Source of the DNA: a virus
DNA: 64,000 bases
Reading direction: 5' to 3' (one strand)
IMG/VR virus record: IMGVR_UViG_3300042558_005069
Span: 40,100 to 104,099 of that record
The position numbers were made by a program, and so were the translations under genes. Within the stretch, counting starts at the first letter, position 1. Every line of letters begins with the position of its first letter. Shown here piece by piece: positions 18,923 through 31,100 of this stretch. A model generated the notes under the pieces. The model was given only the letters and a program-made list of their open reading frames with translations. It ran no database searches and was not told the DNA's origin.

Positions 18923-20308
18923 TTACGCAGTAGGAGCGGCGTCGAATTCAACCTTGACGAATGCTTCTGGACGCTTTACCGCAAGGGCGAGGCGTTGTTC
19001 GGCGAGAATAACAATCGCGTTGCGGATGAAGAAATCGCTGTGCTGCTCACTGATGCGGATAGATGCCTGCTCGCGGTCATAAAGCTGAGCACCGGTGCCA
19101 AACGCGCCGACCAAAGCCATACCTTCCTGCATTGCTGGAGTATCAACAAGTGGCATTCTCCATACTCTTGGCTCGCCACCCATCGCAACAGAAACTGCGA
19201 TGAGGTACTGGCCATTGACGTCTTTTGTCAATTCGATGTCTTCCCAATCATTTGGGTGAACAACGATACCGCTTGGCTCGTAGTAAGCCAAGAAGGAGAG
19301 TGTAGCCGCACGGCGAATTGCGTCAGCTTTGGTGTCACCAGCCGTAACGTTTGCAACTCCAGCAACACCGTCAGACCAAGCGTATTCCTGGACTCCTGGG
19401 GTGTTCATCACGCCGAGCAAGTTTTCGCCCAGTCCGTCACCGTTGAGGATTTGATTGTCCTCAAGGAGGCGCAAGCCGTACATAAGCTCGTTGTCGATGA
19501 TTGAGCGAAGCTGTGGTTCATCGGCAAGAACGTTGCGGTGTGCTGCTTCCCAGTGAGCGAGTGTTCTAATTGGGGCCTGTTCACCAACGAACTGGAATGA
19601 AGATTGTGGCTTCAACCCAAATACTCCGCCAACTCTTTCAGCGACAGTAGACGCTGCGTTGTTGGTTGAGTAGGTGCTTGCAGTTACGCCTGGAGCAGAA
19701 ATCGTCGTAAAACCGATTTGACGGAAGTACTCAATAACTGCTGCTGTTGTAGTCCGAACAGGGAACAAGTCACGAACGCGCTTTGTGCGTGTTGGTGGTG
19801 TTACCATCGGATCGCGCTGAACCGTACCGAAAGAGCCGAGACGGCTGTCAGCTACGGTTGTTGAAGGCAAGCCAGAGAAGACATCCTTCACATTGTAGCC
19901 ACTCAAAGAGATGTTTGCCATCCATGGAGCTGCCATGTTTGCGCCGTTACGGCCACCAGCAAGTGCCTTGAACTCTACTGAGTCAAGGAACATCTGACCG
20001 ATGCTCTTGATCTCGCTTGAGGTCAATTGGCTGATTTCTGATGCTGCAGCTGAATAGCTTGATGCGACCGACTCTGATGCTGGCTGCGAAGACCAGCTGT
20101 CAACGTCACCCATTGTCTGCAAGTCAGAAAGGAGTGATTTAATTTCCTTAATGTCACGCATGTTCTTGTCGAATGCTGTTTTTTGTTCTGAAGAAACAAC
20201 AACTGTTCCTTCTTCTACCTTGAATGAGTCAGCAATGGCCTTATTGTCAGCCATTTTAACTCTGAGAGCTGATTGCAGCTCATCAATTCTTCCATTGTCT
20301 TGCGACAT
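18923..20308 (-). CDS. Major capsid protein, HK97 fold
   Basis: Coiled-coil delta-domain-like N-terminus; LLEDNQILNGDG, VHPNDW, FIRNAIVILAEQRLALAVKRPEAF; AGGAG RBS. Confidence 0.95.
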   Translation of the reverse strand: MSQDNGRIDELQSALRVKMADNKAIADSFKVEEGTVVVSSEQKTAFDKNMRDIKEIKSLLSDLQTMGDVDSWSSQPASESVASSYSAAASEISQLTSSEIKSIGQMFLDSVEFKALAGGRNGANMAAPWMANISLSGYNVKDVFSGLPSTTVADSRLGSFGTVQRDPMVTPPTRTKRVRDLFPVRTTTAAVIEYFRQIGFTTISAPGVTASTYSTNNAASTVAERVGGVFGLKPQSSFQFVGEQAPIRTLAHWEAAHRNVLADEPQLRSIIDNELMYGLRLLEDNQILNGDGLGENLLGVMNTPGVQEYAWSDGVAGVANVTAGDTKADAIRRAATLSFLAYYEPSGIVVHPNDWEDIELTKDVNGQYLIAVSVAMGGEPRVWRMPLVDTPAMQEGMALVGAFGTGAQLYDREQASIRISEQHSDFFIRNAIVILAEQRLALAVKRPEAFVKVEFDAAPTA

Positions 20309-20392
20309 ATTGACTCCTGTTTGTTGAAGGGTTGGTTTTATGATGCTTTTCTTTGCTCGGCTTAGGTAAGCACCCAGCCCTAGTAATAATCA

Positions 20393-20428
20393 AAAATAAC
20401 AGATTATTCACTACCTCTATTGCAACTA
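20393..20428 (-). promoter_or_regulatory. Candidate late promoter (GTTGCAA-N21-TATTTT)
   Basis: Same GTTGC/N21/TAnnnT layout occurs upstream of the genes starting at 34400 and 58480. Confidence 0.4.
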
Positions 20429-20467
20429 ATTATATTTTGCAATTAAAGTGTGTAAATAGTAAATGAA

Positions 20468-21211
20468 TTACTTATTTTTGAGTTGTTCTATTAGGGCAAC
20501 TTTCCTCTTCGGACGTCTTGAATCAAGGTCTGCAACAACTGTTCTAGTTGCTCTTTCCATTTCTCTTTTTTTATTTTTTTCAATATTTCTGCGGCCTAAC
20601 GATGTTGTCCCGACCCTATTTGCATAGTCCGTCATGTTTGTGCATGGCATCCAGACCGCTCTGCCATTTTTGCTTACTCGCCTACTAATTCCAATACAGC
20701 CAATTTGCCTTGACCGCGCACGAGCTGATTCCGGATCGAGGAAAACATCAGAATCTGATTCCCTAACAAATTCAGGGCCTACTGCAGATTTAGTTTTTAT
20801 TGGAACACAATTGGGGACAAGTTTTCCCTTTTTGCCTTTTTTCATACCCTGCATGACATACCCATCCCAGCAGGGGTTCACTTCTTTTGCCCCAAAAAGA
20901 TTACCGGACACTAGACCACTATCTATAGAGACAATCCCCATGATTGGTTTTTCGGTAAGGTTCTCCCAATCTTTAGGTCTTTTTTTTCGCTTTCCTTTGC
21001 TTCTGCTTTTGTCTTCACTTTTTTTATAGCCAGGGACAACCGACCTCCATTTACCGGTTTCGGCTGTCTCGGAAATTCTATTTAGCTCATCCATTGACGA
21101 GCATGGCATCCATTCCCCATCTGAAGACTTGTGCGCCCCAGAGCACCCAATTTGCGCAGCAACTTTTAGAGCTTCAGCTTTTTTGGTTAATTCTGATTTT
21201 TCTTTTGCCAT
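20468..21211 (-). CDS. Head-region protein with Cys microdomains
   Basis: Two IGC-x-G...WMPC repeats (DUF3721-like) flank a CWDGY...VPNCVP unit. Confidence 0.65.
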   Translation of the reverse strand: MAKEKSELTKKAEALKVAAQIGCSGAHKSSDGEWMPCSSMDELNRISETAETGKWRSVVPGYKKSEDKSRSKGKRKKRPKDWENLTEKPIMGIVSIDSGLVSGNLFGAKEVNPCWDGYVMQGMKKGKKGKLVPNCVPIKTKSAVGPEFVRESDSDVFLDPESARARSRQIGCIGISRRVSKNGRAVWMPCTNMTDYANRVGTTSLGRRNIEKNKKREMERATRTVVADLDSRRPKRKVALIEQLKNK

Positions 21212-21220
21212 TGCCTATCC

Positions 21221-21961
21221 TTAATGAAGACGCGATTTTAATGATTCTTTAAACTTGTGAGAAAATTGTTTTGTTGATGAGCTTTCATCGTCAACTGCCG
21301 TAAGTGAGTTTGCTCTTCTATTTGCTCTTCTATTTACGTTTGAAGTGCTGTCTTGGACCGTAATTGACTTTCGTTGCATAAATCTTCTTACTGTCCCAGC
21401 CCCAGTCAGCCGTATGACGCGATCTATGATCGCATTTGACATTGGATCGTCTTTTTTGGCAACGAGGATGTTTTTATTTGAGTCAAAAGAGATCTTGTTG
21501 CTATTTAAAGTGGCAACTACGCTTCCGAGGCTGCTGGTTGTTACAAATTTTGACGCTTTGTAGTCAATCAGGTTCAATTTTGAATCAACGCTATTGGCAA
21601 GTCTGATGGGGACGGCAGACGAAGACATGCGCAACCTAGAACGCATAATAACGTTTCGCTCATTGTGTGATTTTGCAGTTTGTGAAGAACTTGCTTTATT
21701 TATTAACTTAATTCTTTCAATTTCCGGGTCGACGTATGTTTCTAAAACCATATTTGCAATGTTGTCACTCACGTGCTTGAAGTCGGTTGCTCCAAACCCA
21801 TCAGGCAGGCCTTTATGGTTTATTTTGCCATTTGTTTGGATCGCCATAGCTATGCCTGCCCCAAACTCCGTTACTGACTTTGCAAGAATCGAGTCGCCTG
21901 TTCTTGCAACCACTACGTGAGGCGTTCCTCTTAGCAGATCTTTTATTATTGATATTTCCAT
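21221..21961 (-). CDS. Hypothetical head-region protein
   Basis: 246-aa ORF, translationally coupled to its upstream neighbour. Confidence 0.7.
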   Translation of the reverse strand: MEISIIKDLLRGTPHVVVARTGDSILAKSVTEFGAGIAMAIQTNGKINHKGLPDGFGATDFKHVSDNIANMVLETYVDPEIERIKLINKASSSQTAKSHNERNVIMRSRLRMSSSAVPIRLANSVDSKLNLIDYKASKFVTTSSLGSVVATLNSNKISFDSNKNILVAKKDDPMSNAIIDRVIRLTGAGTVRRFMQRKSITVQDSTSNVNRRANRRANSLTAVDDESSSTKQFSHKFKESLKSRLH

Positions 21962-23976
21962 TACCTACCACCCATCAATATTGTTCGAATATCATTTTTT
22001 TGCGAGCTCAAAGAGTCCAAACGGCTTTCAAACAACTTAGTAATGATATTTAGATGTATTTTTTCCCCAGTTGACATTCCGTAATTTTTAGAGCCAGAGA
22101 ACGAATTCCTTGGATTATAAGTTCTTGCTCTTCTTATTAATTGATTTATATACTTGATAAAAAGAACTCGTTGATCAGCTTTTAATTGCTGGTAATAATC
22201 ACTGTAAGCTGGGACTAGCTCAGCTTCGTAGAAATCTCTAAGACGTGCTTTCATCCTCTCTGTTATCTGCACTTTAGACAGATCGACTAATCCGGAAGAT
22301 GTATTTTGTGCAAGTGCAGCCCTTAGTTCCTGTCCACTTGTTATTGGATAAATTGAAGTAGATGGACGAGATCTTTGATCAGTTAGATAATCAGAGATCA
22401 TTATTCTTGCTACGTCCTCTGGGCTTAGATCTGTAAATTTTTTAGATGAGTCAAACTTTGCATCGGGGAATGTCATTTCAACGTCTTGTCGAATATACTG
22501 TCTTACTTCCCCTGGCTTGCCAATAGGCAGAACTTCCGGAGCAGGCAACCCAAGATACCGCTGCAGGTCGGAAGCAAACATCTCTCCCATGTGCTGAAAT
22601 TTGGCAGGATTTTCGTACACGAAATACTTGCCAGCCGAATCCTCTATTATCGATATGGTTTCATTTATTTTCTGTCGCTTCACAGCCTGCGTTTTGCTAA
22701 GGACATCGCCGATTATCTTCGGATCTAAGTCTGACAGCGTTCCGCCATTTTCTAGGTGCTGTATCGCGTTGTCGATATTGGATATTTTTTTCCTGGTACG
22801 ACCAATGTCAATATCTTCTTCTTCATCCTGGCTTGCCTTCGGAGTTTTAATTTTTTTACCTGAAAGCAAGGCGGAAGCCCATTTTGGTTTTCCCGACTTT
22901 CCGATACTATTAGGGTCGGAAACTCCAATAATATTCTCGGAAAAAGCAATCGCTCCTTCGAGTTCTTGTGAAACGTTCTTTAGTCGCGCAGAAGGGTCTT
23001 TTGAATTATCGACTTCCATTGAACTGTTCACAACTCTGCCGAGCTTTCTTCTTTCGCCAACTGAAAGTTTTCTTGCTTTTTCAAGAGTTAGGGTTGATCC
23101 TCCTGGAAGGACATAGAGCAGTTTCTGCACGCCGGTGTTAGAAAGCAAGCCGAGCTCTTCAGAACCTATTGAAGGAGAATCAAGTACGCCCATCATGAAG
23201 GTTGCTCCCTCCATGTCTCTATTGTCGGGGATTGCTCTTAGTACGTTATTGGCCACAACGGGCTCCAGAACAAAGCCATCGCGCCGTATCATTCTTCTTG
23301 TCGGCTCCGAGCTCTGAGAAAGGAAAGATCCTATTTCTTTTGTTAAAGTTTTGGCTTTTGCGGATGAAACTTGCCTGTTTTCATTTCCAACTCTTGGGAT
23401 TTGAGCCTGTCTGGACTGAATTATGGAACTATCAGCCTGCTCTCCAGTTGCTATTCTCCCAGTAATTGTAGGGGTGGCTACACCTGAAACTGCTCTCCGT
23501 ACTGCCGAAATTGCAGCTCCCAAAATTGAAGGGATCGCAAAAAGTTGAGCTCCGCAAGTTGTAAACCTATTATCTGTAAATCTTCCGCCATACTGATAGC
23601 CCTCGGGGCATCGATGAGCTCTGTTCTCTCCAGGTCTTGACCCACCTCTTCTGCCTCCGCCAAATCCAGGCGTCAAAGTTCGGTAGATTGACGACCTCAC
23701 GGGGGATCTAAGAGGGCTTGAGTCACCAGGGATAGCTGAGCTTAAGATGCTACTTCCAATTTGACGTAAAGCGTTTGCCTTAAATTTTATTTCTCCATAT
23801 TTAGAAACGGAAGTTTTTTTTCTAGTGTTTCCGTTTAATCTGGAAAGAGCTTTATACGTAACTAATTGCTGCGTTTCTGCTGGAGCTCCACGAATGTAGT
23901 CAGTAAATTCTTTTTGCTCCAGGTCTGAAACAACGACCCGGATGACATAAGTAACTTCTTCATCCACAGCAGTCAA
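21961..23976 (-). CDS. Putative virion protein with CPxG..FTD leader motif and C-terminal HipA/PI3K-like (pseudo)kinase
   Basis: HRCPEGYQYGGRFTDNRFTTC; GEMFASDLQRYLGLPAPEV...ISDYLTDQRSRPSTSI. Confidence 0.55.
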   Translation of the reverse strand: MTAVDEEVTYVIRVVVSDLEQKEFTDYIRGAPAETQQLVTYKALSRLNGNTRKKTSVSKYGEIKFKANALRQIGSSILSSAIPGDSSPLRSPVRSSIYRTLTPGFGGGRRGGSRPGENRAHRCPEGYQYGGRFTDNRFTTCGAQLFAIPSILGAAISAVRRAVSGVATPTITGRIATGEQADSSIIQSRQAQIPRVGNENRQVSSAKAKTLTKEIGSFLSQSSEPTRRMIRRDGFVLEPVVANNVLRAIPDNRDMEGATFMMGVLDSPSIGSEELGLLSNTGVQKLLYVLPGGSTLTLEKARKLSVGERRKLGRVVNSSMEVDNSKDPSARLKNVSQELEGAIAFSENIIGVSDPNSIGKSGKPKWASALLSGKKIKTPKASQDEEEDIDIGRTRKKISNIDNAIQHLENGGTLSDLDPKIIGDVLSKTQAVKRQKINETISIIEDSAGKYFVYENPAKFQHMGEMFASDLQRYLGLPAPEVLPIGKPGEVRQYIRQDVEMTFPDAKFDSSKKFTDLSPEDVARIMISDYLTDQRSRPSTSIYPITSGQELRAALAQNTSSGLVDLSKVQITERMKARLRDFYEAELVPAYSDYYQQLKADQRVLFIKYINQLIRRARTYNPRNSFSGSKNYGMSTGEKIHLNIITKLFESRLDSLSSQKNDIRTILMGGR

Positions 23977-24607
23977 CCTTTGTCTCTAGTGTCGAATCAT
24001 AAGGAAAAGCTACTTTTTTGCTTGAGCCGATTTCTTCTCCTTCAATTTCCCAGTTTTCGTCCCCCTGTAAAAATTTAACAAATTTTTGTTCCATCGCACA
24101 AAACTCGCCAAGTACTTCAATGGCATTTTTCATATCACTTTCGGTAACTACTTGACTCTCAGACTTAATATCGGGATCAATGAAGTCATAAAAAAATATG
24201 TCTTCATATTGGTCGTCGGATTTTTTTGATCCTCGTATAACGTTTTTGGGTTTTTTTCCAGCTAGTGCAGATAAGAATTGAGAATCAGTCCAGTTTGTCA
24301 ACTTTTTTAATTTCTTCTTGCAGTTTTTCATTCCTGGATGGTGGCAACCTTCATTTGGCCACAATCCAGTCGTTTCATGGTGTAGCCACGCGCATATATT
24401 GCTTAGCGGGTATAGTTCTGGATGATTTGCAAGTATGACTCTGCATCTCGTAAAGCCACCTGGCTTTTTCATTATGGGACGCCAGTAACGAAGGAGTCTT
24501 TCCAGATTTCCTCGTCGGGGGCCATATCCACGCAGGATATCCCCAGTGACCAATTCTTGCGGCAAGATACCGCCAAGTGGGTCAGCTTTTTCGTTAACGT
24601 TTGACAT
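23960..24607 (-). CDS. Hypothetical head-region protein
   Basis: LLRYW...PGGFTRC...CAWLH...GLWP motif; 215 aa. Confidence 0.7.
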   Translation of the reverse strand: MSNVNEKADPLGGILPQELVTGDILRGYGPRRGNLERLLRYWRPIMKKPGGFTRCRVILANHPELYPLSNICAWLHHETTGLWPNEGCHHPGMKNCKKKLKKLTNWTDSQFLSALAGKKPKNVIRGSKKSDDQYEDIFFYDFIDPDIKSESQVVTESDMKNAIEVLGEFCAMEQKFVKFLQGDENWEIEGEEIGSSKKVAFPYDSTLETKVDCCG

Positions 24608-24610
24608 CTA

Positions 24611-25114
24611 TTATTTACCTTCCAGATTACGCATAATCTTCATAGCCATCCACGCTTCTTTTCTTTCAGTTTGTGTCCCAAAAGAATAAGTTCCGCCTAC
24701 TGACTTTAGCATTTCTCCGCAGCATGTAGAAGTAGCAGCAAGTTTATCGTCACTATTTGCAAGGAAAAGAAGAGCTCTTGCGTCTTTCGTTTTAATTTTA
24801 CTGCGAGCTTCTCCGACTGAAGTAAGGATTACGGCTTGCTCTAAAGATTTTTCTGGAATTTCTTTTTCTTTTGTTACAAAAGTCTTATACCAAGAACCAT
24901 TGACAACGTTCTTTGGTTTATCCCATAGAAAGCGATGAAACCGAGTCGTTCTAAATTTTTTGAGACCAGAAACTTTTGATGTTGTTGATATGAAGTTCAC
25001 TTTAATCGAAGACCCATTTTGTCTTTCTATAATTCCATCTTTTTCTCCAGGGCCAGCGTCTGTTATGTAATACAACTTGTCATTATGAATAGAGCCCACA
25101 AGTACAGCCTTCAC
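24611..25114 (-). CDS. Hypothetical protein
   Basis: 167 aa; start overlaps the polyprotein B stop (GTGA) with a GGAGG RBS. Confidence 0.7.
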   Translation of the reverse strand: MKAVLVGSIHNDKLYYITDAGPGEKDGIIERQNGSSIKVNFISTTSKVSGLKKFRTTRFHRFLWDKPKNVVNGSWYKTFVTKEKEIPEKSLEQAVILTSVGEARSKIKTKDARALLFLANSDDKLAATSTCCGEMLKSVGGTYSFGTQTERKEAWMAMKIMRNLEGK

Positions 25115-28100
25115 AAGAGGCCTCCTTTTTTGCCAACCAGAGATGGAGTTTTGCCATCCCTCATTGTTTTAATCATTGTTTTTGCTTGCTGGGTTATCTC
25201 GTTTAGTATTCTTTCCGCAAGAAGGGATTCTATTGAGTTTGCTGAATCGGCCCCCTTGTAAAAAGACCTAGGGTCATCCATGTCGATCCCTGTGGGGTGG
25301 GCAATCTTTACTTTGCTGAATCCTTTTGCACCGAGATCTTTTTTAATCTTATTTGCCGTTCGGTATTCTCTCAGGAGACGCATTGCATCGGTGTTTAATG
25401 AGCCTTCTCGGTTTACAGAATAAAAATACTGTATCTCCTCGTCGGAAAACCCTGCTTTGCGCAATCTTTCGGCAATTGACGTAGGGTTGACCACATCTTC
25501 AATCTTCTCACTACTTGCCATCTCGGATATTTTTGAGTAAGGAAAGTTTATTTGTTCGACTTCGCTCATATCAAAACCACCAAGGACCATAGCTTCTATT
25601 TGCTTACGCTCGGTAGCGTCAAGAGTATTGCTATCTGGAGTTAGCATTTTAGATTTTTCATCAAATGACGCGTTCACGATCGACAAGTCATTAGATTTAT
25701 CCGCGGCGAGCATATGCAACATGGTTTCAACATTGCTTGAGGGAGAATTCTTGTTTGTAGAACCAAGAATAGCGTCTGATATATCTTCCCTGTTGGTTGA
25801 ATTTAACCTTACAGGTCTTGCCCCAGACGTCAAGGAATCTCCGACCGAATAAGCTGTTCTGTTCGATACCTGTGGTTTGAGGACCACCTCGATATCCCCT
25901 AAGGCCGTGAGCCCGTCGCCGATTTCATCTTCGTCCCCTACTTCAAACACGGCATTAGCCAAAGAATTACCGACGCCATTTTTCTTGACTTTATTTTTTT
26001 TAGCATCAATGTGAGATTTGTGCACTACGTATCCCGGTACTGGTAACATCTCATCGCTCATTTCTTCTGGAAGCCCTATGCGCGAGTAATATTCTTTGGT
26101 AATCCCATCGATGGCAAAGCCAACGTTTTTTCCAGAAATGACGTCTCTTTCTTCACTTACTGAACCACGCTTCATCTGACGTCGTACTTTGGCCAACCTG
26201 CTTGGCCCTCCTGTCCTTCCCGTGTCAATATCTTCGCTTGCGGCATTGTCTGTAGACTCTTTCAGAGCCTTCAATGCAGATTTAAATGCTCTTTCTATTG
26301 ATTGAGCTTGATCCGGTAAAATATTTTGATCCGCAGAATAATCGATCGATCCGAGTATCTCAGCTATATCGTTCTTGTTTATCTTCCCGCGGTCGGCCAT
26401 TTCCAGTAAGGCAAGTTTTGCAATGTCATTGCCTGAGCGCCTTGCAATTTCTGCCCCTATCTGCTCAATGCTTTCCCTTGGTAGTCGCCTTTCAGAGGAT
26501 CCGTCGATTAATCCAAGTGCAAATTTTATTGATTCTTTTGTTTTTTTGTCTACATTTGTTCGAGAAATTGCAGCATCAACTATTGCTTCTGACTTTCTGA
26601 TTCTTTGAGCGCTAGTGATAGATGTTGTACGGCCCGAACTAAATGAATTAGCGGAGTCCCTAGATTCAAATTCTAATGCTTCTTCGATTTCGCGCTGTCT
26701 TGCTCGGGCAGCTGGGCCTGGCCTTCTCTCCGCGGCAAGTCTCTGTCTGTTTCTTGCTGCTTCAGCGTAATCTGGGTTATTCTTAAGACCAACTGATCCA
26801 AGCTGTATGAAGTCTCCACTGTCGTACAATTCATCAATGCGCTCTCCGACTGTTTCGTCAAGGTTTGCCTTAACCATCGCTACTTCTTCAGGGGTAGCTG
26901 GAGCTACTTCTCCTTTAACCCATGGATTTTCCACACCAAGACGAGCTTCTTTTATTCCAAATACATCTTGAAATACTTTTCCAAGGGTTAGCCCTTGAAT
27001 TATGTCAGTCTGGACTTCGTTAACTCGCAATGGTATTTGCATGTCTTCATCCAGGGTACGGTTCGCTACGGTGTAGGCTGCCCACCTGTGATGGCCGTCA
27101 AGAATGAAACCATCATTGGTCGCGAGGATAGCGCCAGTCCACCAATGCTTACGGGCTCCATTGTCATCTTCTTCAAATATTCTCTTAATGTATTCTTCTC
27201 TAAATTCTGGAGTCCCCCTTTGGAATCCATCTTTCTCCATACTGGCGACAACGTTTAGTGAGTCCGATAAAATTGCTTCATTTATTTCGTCAACTTTTGA
27301 TGCCACCAACTGGGACTGCGACGGAGCATAGCTAGAAGGAACTACTTCTTTTCTTCTAACTGCGTTTCCTCCGTCTGGTTGTTTAATAACATCTTCTAGA
27401 AAATCCATAAATTCAGATTCAAGGTCAACTTCTGTATCTTGCCAGTTTGTATTCTGATAAAACCATGCTTTATCTTCTTCGCCTAGCGGTTCCTGCGGCC
27501 CCCCTTTTGATGGGTGCATTTTGGAAAGTCTGTCATATCTAGTAGCATTTATGTAATCGTTAATGATCTCCGGATCTATTCCTTCAGAGCGCAGGCGAGA
27601 AAGATATTGTTCACTGTTTTCGGTATTGGACTGCTCTGGCAACAATTTTGTTATATCTTTTAGCTTTTTACCTGCATATGCCCATTTTCCTTTTGCTTGG
27701 CCAGATACGAGCATTTTTATAGCTAGAGACTCGTTTCCAAATGTTCGACCATTCAGCTGAGGCATTTTTTCACGCAAAATACCAATATGCCCAGAACATA
27801 ATAGATTTTTTTCTGGGTTGTACAACTTGCAAAGGTCTGCTGTCCATTTTTCAATGTATTGTCTTTTTGCTTCTTTTAGATCTTTGTCGTTTCCAATATC
27901 CATCTGTGGATTGGATTTAGCAAATTCCTGCTTAAATTTAAGCCAATCAGGGTGCTCTGCTTCTATCTTGGCAGAGGCTCCTTCTTTTATTAATTTTTCA
28001 AATTGAGATTGAGACTGCTTAGTTAAAGTTTGATCTTCGTATCTAACGGCAACGTGATGTCCAGCCATCATCAGAGCAAGTGCGCTTTGAACGTTGTCTG

Positions 28101-31100
28101 CCTCGTATACAAATTCAATTCGTTCGCTTATGGCGAGCCTGTCTGTGCGCTTGACTCTTCCCTGGAAAAGGTTGGTCAATTCACCTTCTGTCATGTCGTC
28201 GACATTTTTACCACTATTTATAATTTCATCAAAAATCGTTAACGCTTCAGCAGCTGTCTTTTTCTCGATTTCACGACGCTCTAACAGCGAAGCCGAATCT
28301 TGAATTGCTCCCGAACTAAAGCGAGCAGATCTTTCCGATGAACCCATCGCGGCGAGTCTTTCAACTCTTCTTCCTCCAGGTATTTGACTTCCTCCGGGGG
28401 CGGACATGTTTGATCTAAATTTACCCGATCTAGAGAATTCCTCAAGATCAGCTTCGCGCATTCTTACGCGCACCCGTCTATCTAGTCCGGAGTGAAATCT
28501 GTATCCAATTTCATCAAGCTTCGTCTGCAGTTCAGCCGTAGAAAGAGAAAGTAGCATATCCCTCACGTCAGGGCTTATCGAATCAGCAGACAATTCTGGA
28601 TATTTCTTAGACCCTCTTCCAGCCAAGACCGATCTTAGTTCGTTTACGTCAGAGGAAATTTGTTTAGTTCTTCGTCGTGTTCTTTGTTGCCGACTCTCTC
28701 TTGACCCTAAAACGTCGTCCCTGACTGCTCCGCTGGAAAACCTTCCGTCATCGGCCAGTATCCCCTCGCCAAAATATCCATCAAGGTCAGCCAGGTCCCC
28801 ATTTATGCGTGAGTTTGTTTCTCCTATTGATGAGTTGTCATCTGAACTAGGGCCTACTACCCGACCACTTGAGCGCATGTCAAGGATTGCTTGATCTATC
28901 ACTGGTCTTATTTTTCTTACTGCGCCGTCACGCCATATTTTGTCATCTACTATGCGAGCAGATCCTCGATCGTATCCTTCAGTGAGCGTTTGAACAAATC
29001 TGTCGGCGACCTCGACCGTATCCATCTGGCGAGCAGCTTCGACTATTAGCGATCCGTCATCAGAGCGACCGATTATCCTAAAGGAACCCGGAGGCATGAC
29101 AAAATTCTGAGCACCGGAATCTTGCTGACCAGGAAATATTCCCCTATCCCCTTCTCGAACTCGAATAATTACTCGCACTCTATTCTTTAAGGTTGCTTCG
29201 TTCTTTTTGTCTGCCCTTGAGACCGCTGGAATCACGGCGTTGCTTCTAGATACAACCCCAGAAACAAAACCATCCTGCTCGACAATTCTGCCGATGGAAT
29301 TCCCCATGGTTTTTCCGGGAGCTATTTCCATTATGGCTTCCATCTCGAAACCTTCCGATGCGGAAGATCTGTCAAATGCCTCAAGTGCTGGAAGTAGTAT
29401 GTTCTTCACTTGCGCCGTAAGGTCTGCTTGCCCGGACTTGCTGTCATTTACCGCTAAGTTATTCCTAATTCTTCTTGCCGTAACTCTGTTGATCGCTCTG
29501 CCTGTTTGAACCTGAAGCTCGGGAGAAAGCATCAAAGCAATCGGATTCTCCTCAAAATCTGCAATTTCCCTTAAAGCTGCCGCTTGCTGTTTGTTGATTG
29601 ACCTGCGATGTCTTGCTCTCTCAGCAGTCGCAAAGTCCGCTACGTCTTGAGCCTTTTTAAATTTCTTGGATGGTTTTGGCTTTGGAGAGATTGTTTCTTC
29701 AATTTTCTCTTCAAGATCGCGCAGAATCCTTGCCCTGCTACGCTTGTCTCCGTTTTTAACAGATCTTTCTACATGCTCATTTTTCAGGATTTCTATTCCT
29801 GTTGCGATTTCTAGAGCTTGTGTTGAACCAGGCTCAATTGAAGGAAAGAGCCTGGTTGATCGAACAACTTCAGACAAGATGTCATCTTCCGACATGTCCT
29901 TAGCTCTATCGGTTAGCTCGTTCAGGGATAGTTGCTGAGCTGCCATTCTGGCTTGATCCGGAGTCCAGAGTCCAGCCCTCTCTCTGGCAGATACAACGTC
30001 GTCATCGAATCTTTCCAGCTCTCCGCGGGCACCTACCCCATATTTCTTGCGCCAAGCTTTTTTAACGTCATCATATTTTTTTTGATTAATATCAGAACGC
30101 TTTTGCCATGCGCTCATTAACATGTCTCTGTGTTGGCGTTTTAGATCTGTAAGGCGAGGGTCTTCATTTGGATCATCTAGGATGTCCTGCTCGCGCAATG
30201 GTTTTAAGGAGAATTCTTCAATCGTGTCAACATTTAACGAATGTAATGCAGCCTCGTCTATCATCTCATTTTCGGAAAGATTGGCTATATTGGATATGTA
30301 TTCTTTGAGTTGTTCTCTTTCAATCTCTTGCGTTGCTTCCATGTCTGAAGCTAGATTAACAAGATACTCATCTAACTGGTCAGCGTCCATTTGAGATACA
30401 GGAGTAGCAACTCCTCCTGCTTGAGTAGACGGAGCTCCTGCAGTGCTTGCTAAATCTGCTGCATCAGCATCAACATCTGAATCGACTCGCGCAACCCGAG
30501 ACGGCCTAGCTGCTGCATCATCTATAAAACTAAGTGCGGAATCTACGTCCTCCCCCCATACCAAACCAGCTTCGCGTAAACCCCAAATTTCGGCGGAAGC
30601 CTCAAGGCCCCATCTTTCGCTTCCAGCATAAGTGTCAGGATAAATACCAGCAAGCATTCTGACGTTTTCAATTTTAGACAATGCATTGTCAAGGTCTTTA
30701 ACGTCTATCGAATCATTCATCTTATCCATTAGGTTAAATAAATCTGTACCAGTCATTTCTTCGATGCTTGATACAGTTTTAATCCCTAGAAACTTATTAT
30801 CTCTGTCATAAACGGGAACGTCAAGGCCCTCGGGTGATTGCATTTTTCTTTCGGCTTCCCTTAAGAACGCCAGACCTTGATACACGTGAGCAAATTCGTG
30901 TGCTCCAATAAATGCTGCAAATGTTTTTGGACCGCCTACGAGTCCAGCCATCCTTTTAGCAAAATGATTAGAGTTCACTAAGAAGTCGGCTACGGCTTCT
31001 TGCCCCGCTGCATCCGTTGCTGCTCCTACAGCGGCCACTCCTAATCGCTGGTCTGGCCTCAACGAAGGAAGCATTAATTCTTGATTGCTGAGAATCCTAT

